Assembly (NCBI GenBank): GCA_014239655.1
Contig: JAAZYM010000060.1
Span: 2,023 to 66,022 of the forward strand
Direction: 5' to 3'
Origin: Flavobacteriales bacterium
GTDB taxonomy: Bacteria > Bacteroidota > Bacteroidia > Flavobacteriales > BACL11
DNA: 64,000 nt
Part shown: piece after piece, positions 29,445-38,450 of the stretch
How the letters are laid out: each line of letters begins with the position of its first letter
How positions within the stretch are numbered: position 1 is the stretch's first letter
Program-made: the position numbers and the translations under genes
The notes under the pieces: generated by a model
Databases searched by the model: none
Seen by the model: the letters and a program-made list of their open reading frames with translations, nothing else
Told to the model about the DNA's origin: nothing

Positions 29445-30337
29445 AATTTTTTATTTAAGTTTTTTTGAGCATTAAAAATGCTTGCATCTAATTCAAATCC
29501 AGTAAGAAGGATAATTGCATTAAAATAAATCCATAATAGGATAATCATTAATGTCCCTATGGATCCGTAGATTTTATTGTATTGAGAAAAATTATCTATA
29601 TAATAGCTAAAAGCAATAGATGTTATTATTATAAATATTGTTGCAAAAATTGCTCCTGGGGAGAATATTTTTATTTTGTTTCGTATGGTTGTTCCTAGAT
29701 TAAAAATGGTTGTTATTCCTATAAATAGCATTATAAAAAGGATTATCCATTTAGCACTATTTAAGATAAAAATTTTATTTTGACTAATTATTTGGTATTC
29801 AATAAGGTATATTATAGTTGCTTTACCAAAGATGATTAGTAATATAGTTAGAAAGACAAGCGTTGATAGTATTAATGTTAATGTTAATGACAGGATCTGA
29901 TGTCTTATGATAGATTTACTTTCTTTAATATGATAGGAAGAATCAAATGCTTGAATGAGTGAGCTCATACCATTTGTTGAGAAATATAATGCAAGCAAAA
30001 AACCAATTGACAATAAGCCTCCTCGTTGGTTGTTAATGATATCTTGCATGGTTTCGAATGTGACTGTGTTTGTAGATGGAGGAAGAATGTTAGATAAAAT
30101 TTCCATCAGGGTATCTTGGAATCCATTTATAGGTATATATGGTATTAGAGTAAAAAACACAATAATTGAGGGGAAGAAAGCGAGAAAGAAGTTAAATGCT
30201 AGAGAAGAGGCTCTTGTAGTTATTGCACCTTCTTGTAACCCTTTAATGAAGAAAATTGTTACATCATAGATGCTTAATCCTGCAAAACCAAATGGTTTGA
30301 TTCTTTTTAGTATTCTAATTAATGCTGTATCTTTCAT
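29441..30337 (-). CDS. YihY/BrkB family membrane protein
   Basis: 298 aa with 6 TMs. N-terminal region with ASSLAFNFFLAFFPS, typical of YihY (formerly called RNase BN) proteins. Confidence 0.75.
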   Translation of the reverse strand: MKDTALIRILKRIKPFGFAGLSIYDVTIFFIKGLQEGAITTRASSLAFNFFLAFFPSIIVFFTLIPYIPINGFQDTLMEILSNILPPSTNTVTFETMQDIINNQRGGLLSIGFLLALYFSTNGMSSLIQAFDSSYHIKESKSIIRHQILSLTLTLILSTLVFLTILLIIFGKATIIYLIEYQIISQNKIFILNSAKWIILFIMLFIGITTIFNLGTTIRNKIKIFSPGAIFATIFIIITSIAFSYYIDNFSQYNKIYGSIGTLMIILLWIYFNAIILLTGFELDASIFNAQKNLNKKL

Positions 30338-31176
30338 ATTGCTTTTAAGCTAAGATCAAAGTTTTTTATTGTATGAGTTAGTGATCCTAAGGAAATATAA
30401 TCAACACCACATTTTGCATATTCAAGAATATTGCTTTCATCTATTCCTCCAGATGATTCTGTTTCAAATTTATTGCCTATAATCTTGACAGCTTTTCTAG
30501 TATCAGTATAATTAAAATTATCTAACAGTATTCTCCTTATTCCACCTTCTTTTATTACCTCTTTCACTTCATTAATGTTTCTAGTCTCAACTATGATATC
30601 AAGAGTCTTATTTTTTTTTTCTACATAATCTTTTGTTTTTTTTATTGCATTAGTAATTCCTTTAGAAAAGTCAATATGATTATCTTTTATCATGATCATA
30701 TCGTAAAGACCATTTCTATGGTTTTCCCCACCACCTATTTTAACTGCCCATTTCTGTATTTTTCTGTTTAGTGGGGTTGTTTTTCTTGTGTCTAGAACTT
30801 TAGCATTAGTTTCGGAGATGAGATTGCAAATATGTCGTGTTTTACTTGCTATAGCACTCATTTTCTGCATGCAGTTCAATACTAGTCTCTCAGCAGTAAG
30901 TATAGAATGTGAATTACCTGTAATTGTCATAATAACATCACCATTCCTAACTGCATCTCCATCGTTATATTTTGTTTTAATGTCTAATTTTTTATCAACT
31001 TCATTAAAGATTAATAATGCTAATTCTATTCCTGCAATAACTCCATTATCTTTTGCAATTAATTCTGCTGAATTAGTAGTATTTTTATCAATACAAGCTA
31101 ATGTTGTATGATCACCATCTTTTATGTCTTCTTTTAAAGATTCTTTAATAAATTTTTCAAGTTCTATATCTATCAT
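30334..31176 (-). CDS. nadC: Nicotinate-nucleotide pyrophosphorylase (carboxylating)
   Basis: Quinolinate phosphoribosyltransferase motifs are present: DTRKTTP, GGGENHR, MIKDNH, and the C-terminal SSGGI...DYISLG. The start is moved to the ATG at 31174-31176; the track start is a TTG three codons upstream. Confidence 0.88.
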   Translation of the reverse strand: MIDIELEKFIKESLKEDIKDGDHTTLACIDKNTTNSAELIAKDNGVIAGIELALLIFNEVDKKLDIKTKYNDGDAVRNGDVIMTITGNSHSILTAERLVLNCMQKMSAIASKTRHICNLISETNAKVLDTRKTTPLNRKIQKWAVKIGGGENHRNGLYDMIMIKDNHIDFSKGITNAIKKTKDYVEKKNKTLDIIVETRNINEVKEVIKEGGIRRILLDNFNYTDTRKAVKIIGNKFETESSGGIDESNILEYAKCGVDYISLGSLTHTIKNFDLSLKAI

Positions 31177-31214
31177 TAATAGCAAATTATTAATATTGTC
31201 AAAAATACAAAATA

Positions 31215-31793
31215 ATGAAGATTGTATTTGCTACTAATAATCTTAATAAATTGTCTGAAATACAATCTTTGGTTCCAAATGGAATAGAGATTCTGAGTTT
31301 GATAGATATTAATTGTAATGAAAAGCTGCCAGAAACTAGCCTTACTTTGGAAGGAAACGCATTACAGAAAGCAAAATTTGTTTTTGATAATTATGGATAC
31401 AATTGTTTTGCAGATGATACAGGATTAGAAATTGATGCTTTAGGTGGTGAGCCAGGTGTTTATTCTGCTAGATATGCTGGAGAAAATTGTTTGGCAAAGG
31501 ATAATATTAGAAAGGTGCTTGATAAGTTAAAAGGAGAGAAGGTTAGAGGCGCAAAATTTAGAACTGTTATAGCACTTATTATTAATGGTAAAGAAACGTT
31601 ATTTGAAGGAGAATGTAATGGTAGTATTATGCAAACAAAGAATGGGGAAGAAGGTTTTGGATATGACCCTATTTTTAAACCTTTTGGTTATAATCTAACT
31701 TTTGCTGAAATGACAAAAGATGAGAAAGGAGTTATTAGTCATAGGGGTAAAGCTGTGAAAAAATTGATATTGTTTTTAGCAGCTACAGATTAG
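31215..31793 (+). CDS. rdgB: dITP/XTP pyrophosphatase (non-canonical purine NTP pyrophosphatase)
   Basis: Motifs FATNN..K..E, ADDTGLEIDALGGEPGVYSARY, GFGYDPIF and SHRGKA are all diagnostic of the Ham1/RdgB family. Confidence 0.88.
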   Translation: MKIVFATNNLNKLSEIQSLVPNGIEILSLIDINCNEKLPETSLTLEGNALQKAKFVFDNYGYNCFADDTGLEIDALGGEPGVYSARYAGENCLAKDNIRKVLDKLKGEKVRGAKFRTVIALIINGKETLFEGECNGSIMQTKNGEEGFGYDPIFKPFGYNLTFAEMTKDEKGVISHRGKAVKKLILFLAATD

Positions 31794-33015
31794 ATTCAAG
31801 CAATCCTTTAATTTCTTCAGAAGAAGGTCTTGGTGCATTAGTTGAAATTACATTTCCTTCACCAGAAAAAAGCATAAATCTTGGAATACCAAAAATCGCG
31901 TAATCTTTTGTGATTTTACTCCAGCCATCTGCCCACAATTGCGTTCCACCTAACTCTTTTTCTTTAATCATCTTTAGCCAAGCATCTTTATCTGTATCTA
32001 CTGAAACAGAAAGGAATGTGATATTTTGCTCGTGATACTCTTCTTCTAATTTTTGTAAAGATGGGATTTCTGCTTTGCATGGACCACACCAAGTTGCCCA
32101 TACGTCTACATAAATTAAATTACCTTTAAAACTTGCAAGCGAAAATTCATTTCCATCCTTGTCAGGATAAGTAAAATCAATAGCCGCTTCGCCTTCTTGT
32201 GGCATATTGTCAATGGAAAACTTTCTTTCTAACCATTTATTGTTTGACTCTGCTATCTGCTTATTTACAGTAATTCTATATTCTAGATCACTCACTTTGT
32301 TTAAGGATGATTGATAGGCTTCAGTATATTGTTCTGTCATTGATTTAAAATTTGATAAATTTAGTGAGTCAAGAGCAGCATAGAAATTAAAATTTTTATT
32401 AATGGCTCTTGTTTCCCAAAGATGAGTCTTAATATCATTTGAGTACTCAGCTAACTTCTCTTGTCTTCCAATAAAATAGACAATATCTTTATTAATGCCA
32501 GTAATTTCATTATTGATAAATGTGCTGTCAGTGATGTTACCAAATTCTTTAATAACAGAAGTTCTATAGCTATCTAGATAGGCTTTATATTCTTCAGTAT
32601 TACTCATATAATACACTTCACCAAAGAAATCTTTTTTTTCTTCTAAAAGATATTTTTTTGTTAGATAAGAAGAGGAAGGAGTTCCTTTATATTTAATAGT
32701 TTCATCAAAAAGTTCAGTATCAATTGTAAGTTTTATTTTGTCGCCTGGATAAACATACATAGCGGTTCCTTCAGGTCCATGTTCAAATCTTAAATAAGTA
32801 GCTGAATCTAAATTAAAAGAGATAGTGAAAGTTCCGTTTGCATTTGCAGTAGTAGAGTAAGAGGTGTCTTGATTACTAAAAGCTACTGACTCCCCTCTTG
32901 GATTGGTGATCTCACCTGTTATTGTAACTTGATTTGGGTTTGTATTTGTGTTCATTACAAAATAGATTCCCACTACGACTAGTAGTACAATAGTTAAAAT
33001 TTGTTTTGGTTTCAT
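31783..33015 (-). CDS. TlpA-family thiol:disulfide oxidoreductase with N-terminal extension
   Basis: N-terminal membrane anchor, then a roughly 250-aa domain, then a C-terminal thioredoxin fold with active site WATWCGPC. Confidence 0.8.
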   Translation of the reverse strand: MKPKQILTIVLLVVVGIYFVMNTNTNPNQVTITGEITNPRGESVAFSNQDTSYSTTANANGTFTISFNLDSATYLRFEHGPEGTAMYVYPGDKIKLTIDTELFDETIKYKGTPSSSYLTKKYLLEEKKDFFGEVYYMSNTEEYKAYLDSYRTSVIKEFGNITDSTFINNEITGINKDIVYFIGRQEKLAEYSNDIKTHLWETRAINKNFNFYAALDSLNLSNFKSMTEQYTEAYQSSLNKVSDLEYRITVNKQIAESNNKWLERKFSIDNMPQEGEAAIDFTYPDKDGNEFSLASFKGNLIYVDVWATWCGPCKAEIPSLQKLEEEYHEQNITFLSVSVDTDKDAWLKMIKEKELGGTQLWADGWSKITKDYAIFGIPRFMLFSGEGNVISTNAPRPSSEEIKGLLESNL

Positions 33016-33026
33016 TTTGTTTAGTT

Positions 33027-33485
33027 TTAGATATTAATTTCTTTTGGTATAAATTGACTTACATCACCGCCATTTTTAATGATGTCTCGAATAAGAGATG
33101 ATGAAATATGGGACACCTCAGGGGTTGTTATAATAAAGATAGTCTCAATACTTGAATCAAGATCTTTATTCATTTGCGCAATATTTTTTTCAAATTTAAA
33201 ATCATGAGAGTCTCTTAATCCTCTTAGGATAAAATTTGCGCCTTCTTTTTTACAAAAATCTATTGTTAATCCTTCATATTTTTTTATCTCAATTTTATTA
33301 TTATTAGCATAAACTGACTCTATCCATTGCATTCGCTCCTGAATAGAAAAGTATTGATTCTTTTTTGAGTTTACACCAATTGAGATTATAATTTTATCAA
33401 AAAGAGGTAGAGCTTTTTCAACTACTGATTGATGTCCAATTGAAAAAGGAGAGAATGAGCCAGGAAATACTGCGATTTTTGACAT
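33027..33485 (-). CDS. coaD: Phosphopantetheine adenylyltransferase
   Basis: 152 aa. Contains PGSFSPFSIGH (T/H-x-G-H nucleotidyltransferase motif) and ISSSLIR near the C-terminus. Confidence 0.9.
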   Translation of the reverse strand: MSKIAVFPGSFSPFSIGHQSVVEKALPLFDKIIISIGVNSKKNQYFSIQERMQWIESVYANNNKIEIKKYEGLTIDFCKKEGANFILRGLRDSHDFKFEKNIAQMNKDLDSSIETIFIITTPEVSHISSSLIRDIIKNGGDVSQFIPKEINI

Positions 33486-33514
33486 TTCTATTAGTTTATT
33501 TCAAAAGTAGAGAA

Positions 33515-34039
33515 TTAAAATGAAAAAATACTAAAGTGAACATTTCCATATTTCCTTAGATCAACGTTTTCATCTTCAAAGCTTGTGTTTTTATCATGCT
33601 CAAAGATTAAACATCCATTCTCGTTGATTAGTTTTTTTTCAATAATTAAGTTTTTCAGTTCTTGATATTTTAAAAAGTTATATGGAGGATCAGCAAATAT
33701 TATGTCAAATTTTTCAGTTGATCTTTCAATAAACTTAATTGATTCTAGATGTATTGTTTGAATATTAAATCTATATTCTAAATTAATTTTATTGATGAAT
33801 TTTATACAGTTAATATTTTTGTCAACTGCGGTTATATTTACTGAGTATCTAGATGAAAATTCATAACTTATATTGCCTGTCCCACTAAATAGGTCTAATA
33901 GTTTTTTATTATTAAGTTGATATCTGTTTTCTAGAATATTAAAGAGTGCTTCTTTAGCTCGATCAGTGGTGGGTCTTGCTGGTAGATTTTTAGGTGCAAT
34001 TATTTTTCTTCCTTTATGAATACCTGAGATTATACGCAT
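33515..34039 (-). CDS. rsmD: 16S rRNA (guanine966-N2)-methyltransferase
   Basis: MRIISG..KGR......RPTTDR.KEALFN N-terminus, SAM motif LDLFSGTG, and catalytic DPPY. Confidence 0.85.
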   Translation of the reverse strand: MRIISGIHKGRKIIAPKNLPARPTTDRAKEALFNILENRYQLNNKKLLDLFSGTGNISYEFSSRYSVNITAVDKNINCIKFINKINLEYRFNIQTIHLESIKFIERSTEKFDIIFADPPYNFLKYQELKNLIIEKKLINENGCLIFEHDKNTSFEDENVDLRKYGNVHFSIFSF

Positions 34040-34860
34040 AAATATTGGCGATAAAGGATGTTAAAGCAGTGATCATCAATATTGTTAAATTCATTTCCGC
34101 ATTGTATGTCTTTTAATTTGTTTCCATAATTAATGTTTCGAATATATTCGTATAGAATCTGATATTCTTCTTTTTTGATATTACCATAGATCTCAGTATT
34201 TATTTTCTCATTATCTAGGTTGTTTTCTTGTATGCAAAATAACGTATAGAAGAGTAGATCTTCTTTGGATGTGAATTCAAATTTATTTTGGAAGATTAAT
34301 TGGTTGTTGTTTGTTATTAGGATATGTGCAAAATCATCTTTAATATATAAATTTAGTTTCTTAATATTATTATTGTTAGACAAGAAACTATTTATTAGAA
34401 TTGAGCTTTGAGAACTTATTTTAGCATCAGGGATTATATTTCTTATTGTCTGATGTAATGATTTTGGTATAGAGTATAAGTTTATGACGTTATTTTTTTT
34501 AATGTTATCTGTTAGTATTATCTCATCCAGGTTATGATTAAGAGAGAATAGCTTTTCTTTATTCTTTTCATTAAATACTTGCTCAGGAACTAATGTGTTA
34601 GGATAGTTTGCTAAAGCAATTGATTTTGACAGGAACTTTTCTGACAGATAACTATCTTTTGTAAAGATTTTTGATAAATCTTCTTGATTCGTATATAAAG
34701 TAGATGATAATAGCATACATCTTCTTTTGTTAGGCTCAATTATAGAGTATGTTAATGATTTAGGGCTAAGTTCAATAGAGAGATGGTAATTGCCCAAAGA
34801 ATCATTAACAAATGATTTGTCTTTAATAAAGAGAATAGATTTATTCTCCCCAGTTTCCAT
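34030..34860 (-). CDS. Hypothetical protein (DUF3822-like, conserved partner upstream of rsmD in Bacteroidota)
   Basis: 276-aa ORF overlapping rsmD by 10 nt. The family assignment rests on gene context and size only. Confidence 0.5.
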   Translation of the reverse strand: METGENKSILFIKDKSFVNDSLGNYHLSIELSPKSLTYSIIEPNKRRCMLLSSTLYTNQEDLSKIFTKDSYLSEKFLSKSIALANYPNTLVPEQVFNEKNKEKLFSLNHNLDEIILTDNIKKNNVINLYSIPKSLHQTIRNIIPDAKISSQSSILINSFLSNNNNIKKLNLYIKDDFAHILITNNNQLIFQNKFEFTSKEDLLFYTLFCIQENNLDNEKINTEIYGNIKKEEYQILYEYIRNINYGNKLKDIQCGNEFNNIDDHCFNILYRQYLCV

Positions 34861-35475
34861 TTAATGAGGCTTCAGTCATGGACCCTACTTTTAATAAGCT
34901 ATTAAGATCATATTTTTTATTTTCAGCATCTAGACCATTAAATACATCTTTATATGTTGCTGAAATTTCAAAAACTTGGACAGTAACTTTTCCTTTTTCA
35001 ATGACATTAGCATCAATATTATATTGTCTTTCAGTATGAGGTATTATAGATAATAGATCAAGATCAAGCGGGTATTTGTTATCTCTATTTTTAATATAAG
35101 CTTCATTAAAAACAGACTCGCTCGCTGACACAAAGAAAGTGTCTCTACTAATCAATCCTATTTCTAATGCTTGTGCATCTGTAATTTGTTGATCATTAAT
35201 AAGTGTATCAGGTGTTTCTCCTACTGATTTTACGATAGTAGTAGAGTCGTTTTCTAAGAAATTTAATAATGAACCAAAATTATCAGCAAATGTATCATGT
35301 TCTCTTTTATATGCAATTTGTAATGTTCTTAGATCCTTTAATTTCTGAACATTCTCTACTATTCTTTCTTTTGCTTCTTTATTAAACTCTACTTCACTAG
35401 TGATACTATTATAAACATAAAAGGCAAGAATAATATTAATAGGTATTAAAATAAGAGTAATTTTTTTGCATTCAT
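34841..35475 (-). CDS. Membrane-anchored hypothetical protein with unresolved start (ATG out of frame by one base in an A7 run)
   Basis: The reading frame is open from 35524 down to 34841. It encodes a signal-anchor (ITLILIPINIILAFYVY) upstream of the TTG at 35155 that the track uses. There is no ATG/GTG/TTG in frame before 35155. The ATG at 35473-35475 would join the frame if the A7 run (35461-35467) were A8. Confidence 0.45.
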
Positions 35476-35559
35476 TGAAAAATAATTTAGTTGCTGCAAA
35501 TTTACAACTTTTGATGAAAGTATATTAAATTGTTGTTTCTTTGTAGAAAAAGAAATTAT

Positions 35560-36111
35560 ATGTTTAGACTTTTGTCTCTTCTTATTTTTAAATTTAATGG
35601 CTGGAGAATAGTTGATTCAATTGAATATCCTTCAAAATGTATTGTTATTTCGGCTCCACACACCTCAAATTGGGATTTTTTAATTGGACGTTGTTATTCA
35701 TATATACAGCGGATTAAAGCTAAATATTTAATTAAGAGCGAATTATTCTATCCAATATTAGGATATATAATAAGTTTAAATGGAGGTATTCCGGTATATA
35801 GAAGTGAAAAACATGATGTAGTTAATCAGATTGTAAAACTTTTTAATGGATCTGATAGTTTAATTTTAGGTATTGCTCCTGAAGGGACTAGAAAAAGAGT
35901 TCTGAAATGGAAAACAGGTTTTTATCATATCGCATTAAAATCTAATGTTCCGATTGTATTATGTAAGCTAGATTTTAAAGATAAAGAAGTAGGAGCATTT
36001 GATCTTATCCAACCAACAGGAAATTTTGAGGATGACATGAAATATATTGAAAATTCTTTTAGTAATTTCAGCGGAAAAATTCCTGAAAATTATAATCCTA
36101 AGATTTATTAG
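35560..36111 (+). CDS. Lysophospholipid (1-acyl-sn-glycerol-3-phosphate) acyltransferase family protein
   Basis: Acyltransferase H-x4-D motif (HTSNWD) and block III APEGTR. The start is set to the ATG at 35560; the track start is a TTG ten codons upstream. Confidence 0.7.
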   Translation: MFRLLSLLIFKFNGWRIVDSIEYPSKCIVISAPHTSNWDFLIGRCYSYIQRIKAKYLIKSELFYPILGYIISLNGGIPVYRSEKHDVVNQIVKLFNGSDSLILGIAPEGTRKRVLKWKTGFYHIALKSNVPIVLCKLDFKDKEVGAFDLIQPTGNFEDDMKYIENSFSNFSGKIPENYNPKIY

Positions 36112-36183
36112 ATTTTTTAATAAATTGTTTAAAACATCTTTTGAAATTACAATTCTTTTCTTATTAACTATACTGTTAAAGTA

Positions 36184-36191
36184 TATATTTG
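36184..36191 (+). promoter_or_regulatory. Candidate -7 box (TATATTTG) upstream of purL
   Basis: Exact TAnnTTTG match 32 nt before the purL ATG. No correctly spaced -33 element was seen. Confidence 0.25.
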
Positions 36192-36222
36192 TTATTAAAT
36201 AATTAATCATTTTTGAATACTG

Positions 36223-38448
36223 ATGAATAACAAATTATCTACTGTAGATCAAGCAAAAGAAATGGGGTTGCTTCCTGAGGAGTTTAATAAAATTACTGAC
36301 ATCTTAGGTCGTATACCAAATTTTTGTGAATTAAGCATTTTTGGTGTTATGTGGTCTGAACATTGTTCTTATAAAAACTCTATAAAGTGGCTTAAAAAAT
36401 TACCTAAAGATGGTCCGCATATGCTTGTGGAGGCTGGAGAGGAGAATGCTGGATTAGTTGATATTGGTGATGGGCTTGCCTGTTGTTTTAAAATAGAATC
36501 TCATAATCATCCTTCAGCATTAGAGCCGTATCAAGGTGCTGCAACTGGTGTAGGAGGAATTAATAGAGATATTTTTACAATGGGTGCACGTCCTATTGCT
36601 CAATTGAATTCACTGCGATTTGGTAATATAAACTTAGATAGAACAAAATGGTTGTTAAAAGGTGTTTCAAAAGGAATCGGAGATTATGGAAATGCATTTG
36701 GTATTCCTGTTGTTGGTGGTGAGGTGTTTTTTGATGATTGTTATAATACGAATCCATTAGTTAATGCATTCTCTGCTGGAATCATGAAAAAAGGAGATAT
36801 GATCTCAGCTACATCATCAGGTGTTAGTAATCCAATATTTATTGTAGGATCTCGAACTGGTAAAGATGGTATTCATGGGGCTTCATTTGCATCAAAAGAT
36901 ATAACAGAAGATTCAGCTGAAGATCTCCCTGCTGTTCAGGTAGGAGATCCATTTCAAGAAAAGCTTCTTTTAGAAGCAACTTTGGAACTATCTAAAACAG
37001 ATGCAGTGGTTGGTATGCAGGATATGGGTGCCGCAGGAATCACATGCTCTACAAATGAGATGAGTGCTGCAGGTGAACATGGTATGATTATTAATTTAGA
37101 TAAAGTTCCTACTAGACAAGATAATATGAAGGATTGGGAGATTTTATTATCTGAGTCACAGGAGCGTATGTTAGTAGTTGTTGAAAAAGGGAAAGAAGAT
37201 ATAGTTAATAAGATCTTTGATAAATGGGATTTATCATGTGAAGAGATAGGTGTAGTTACAGAGGGTGATAGAGTAAAATATTATATGCATGATGAATTAG
37301 TTGCTGATGTTCCTTGTGCAGATCTTGTTCTTGGTGGTGGGGCTCCTGTATATGAAAGAGAATATTCTGAGCCTGAGTATTTTGGACGTTATAAGAAGTT
37401 TAAAATAGATGACGTTTCTGAACCCGAAGATCTTGTTGCTGTGGCTAAACATCTTACTGCCAATCAAAATATTGCATCAAAAAGGTGGGTATATGAACAA
37501 TATGATTCTATGGTAGGAACTGCTAATATGTCTACTAATTTTCCAACTGATGCTGGAGTTGTTAATCTTAAAGAGTCTAGTAAGGCACTTGCTATGACTG
37601 TTGATTGTAATGCTCGTATGGTGAATGCAAATCCAGAGGAAGGTTGTGCTATGGCTGTTGCTGAAGCTGCTAGAAATATAGTATGCTCTGGTGGTACTCC
37701 ATCTGCTATAACAAATTGCCTAAATTTTGGAAACCCGTATAATCCTGAAGTTTATTGGCAATTTGTAGGCTCTATTAAAGGAATGGCTAAGGCTTGCTTA
37801 AAATTTAACACCCCTGTGACTGGTGGTAATGTGAGTTTTTATAATCAGTCTTCTGTTGATGGGGTAGAGGTGCCTGTATTTCCTACTCCAACTATTGGAA
37901 TGTTAGGTGTTATAGAAGATAAAAAAAACATAACAAGTTTGGCCTTTAATAAAAGAGGTTCATTGATATACTTATTAGGCGAGTCATTAAATGATATTAG
38001 TTGTTCTGAATATTTAGCTTCATACCATAATTGTAAAGAATCTTCCACTCCATTTTTTGATCTAGATATTGAATATGCATTACAAGAATCTGTTTCTTTG
38101 TTAATTAAGGATAATCTTATTGAATCTGCTCATGATGTAGCTGATGGTGGTCTTTTTATAACATTATTAGAATGTTCTATGTATAGGGATCTAGGTTTTA
38201 ATATAAATTCAGTAAATGATATTAGGAAGGATGCTTTTTTATTTGGAGAGTCTCCATCAAGAGTTGTTGTTTCTATTGATCCTGAGAAGAAGAATGATTT
38301 TGAAGAATTTATGTCAAGTAAGAAGACAGAAATCACATTATTAGGTGAAGTTTCAGATGGTCAACTATCAGTTGATAATAAATCTTTTGGTACTTCTATT
38401 GAATATAAAGGGATATACAATAGTTCATTATCAGATATTATGAATTAA
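36223..38448 (+). CDS. purL: Phosphoribosylformylglycinamidine synthase subunit PurL (small, FGAM synthase II type)
   Basis: 741 aa. Contains the motifs WSEHCSYK, ESHNHPS, GGINRD and QVGDPF, in a duplicated PurM-like domain arrangement. Confidence 0.92.
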   Translation: MNNKLSTVDQAKEMGLLPEEFNKITDILGRIPNFCELSIFGVMWSEHCSYKNSIKWLKKLPKDGPHMLVEAGEENAGLVDIGDGLACCFKIESHNHPSALEPYQGAATGVGGINRDIFTMGARPIAQLNSLRFGNINLDRTKWLLKGVSKGIGDYGNAFGIPVVGGEVFFDDCYNTNPLVNAFSAGIMKKGDMISATSSGVSNPIFIVGSRTGKDGIHGASFASKDITEDSAEDLPAVQVGDPFQEKLLLEATLELSKTDAVVGMQDMGAAGITCSTNEMSAAGEHGMIINLDKVPTRQDNMKDWEILLSESQERMLVVVEKGKEDIVNKIFDKWDLSCEEIGVVTEGDRVKYYMHDELVADVPCADLVLGGGAPVYEREYSEPEYFGRYKKFKIDDVSEPEDLVAVAKHLTANQNIASKRWVYEQYDSMVGTANMSTNFPTDAGVVNLKESSKALAMTVDCNARMVNANPEEGCAMAVAEAARNIVCSGGTPSAITNCLNFGNPYNPEVYWQFVGSIKGMAKACLKFNTPVTGGNVSFYNQSSVDGVEVPVFPTPTIGMLGVIEDKKNITSLAFNKRGSLIYLLGESLNDISCSEYLASYHNCKESSTPFFDLDIEYALQESVSLLIKDNLIESAHDVADGGLFITLLECSMYRDLGFNINSVNDIRKDAFLFGESPSRVVVSIDPEKKNDFEEFMSSKKTEITLLGEVSDGQLSVDNKSFGTSIEYKGIYNSSLSDIMN

Positions 38449-38450
38449 TT

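Noticed and set aside
30611-30620. T10 homopolymer inside nadC (and other A/T runs of 8-10 nt within genes) as possible phase-variation switches.
   Set aside because: The reading frames are intact across these runs; this one encodes VEKKNKT. Such runs are expected in very AT-rich coding DNA with Lys/Phe codons. Only the A7 run at 35461-35467 coincides with an actual frame problem.
35968-36210. 80-aa minus-strand ORF spanning the end of the acyltransferase gene and the purL upstream region.
   Set aside because: Its sequence is Ile/Asn/Lys low-complexity. It overlaps a motif-supported gene on the other strand and would occupy the purL promoter region.
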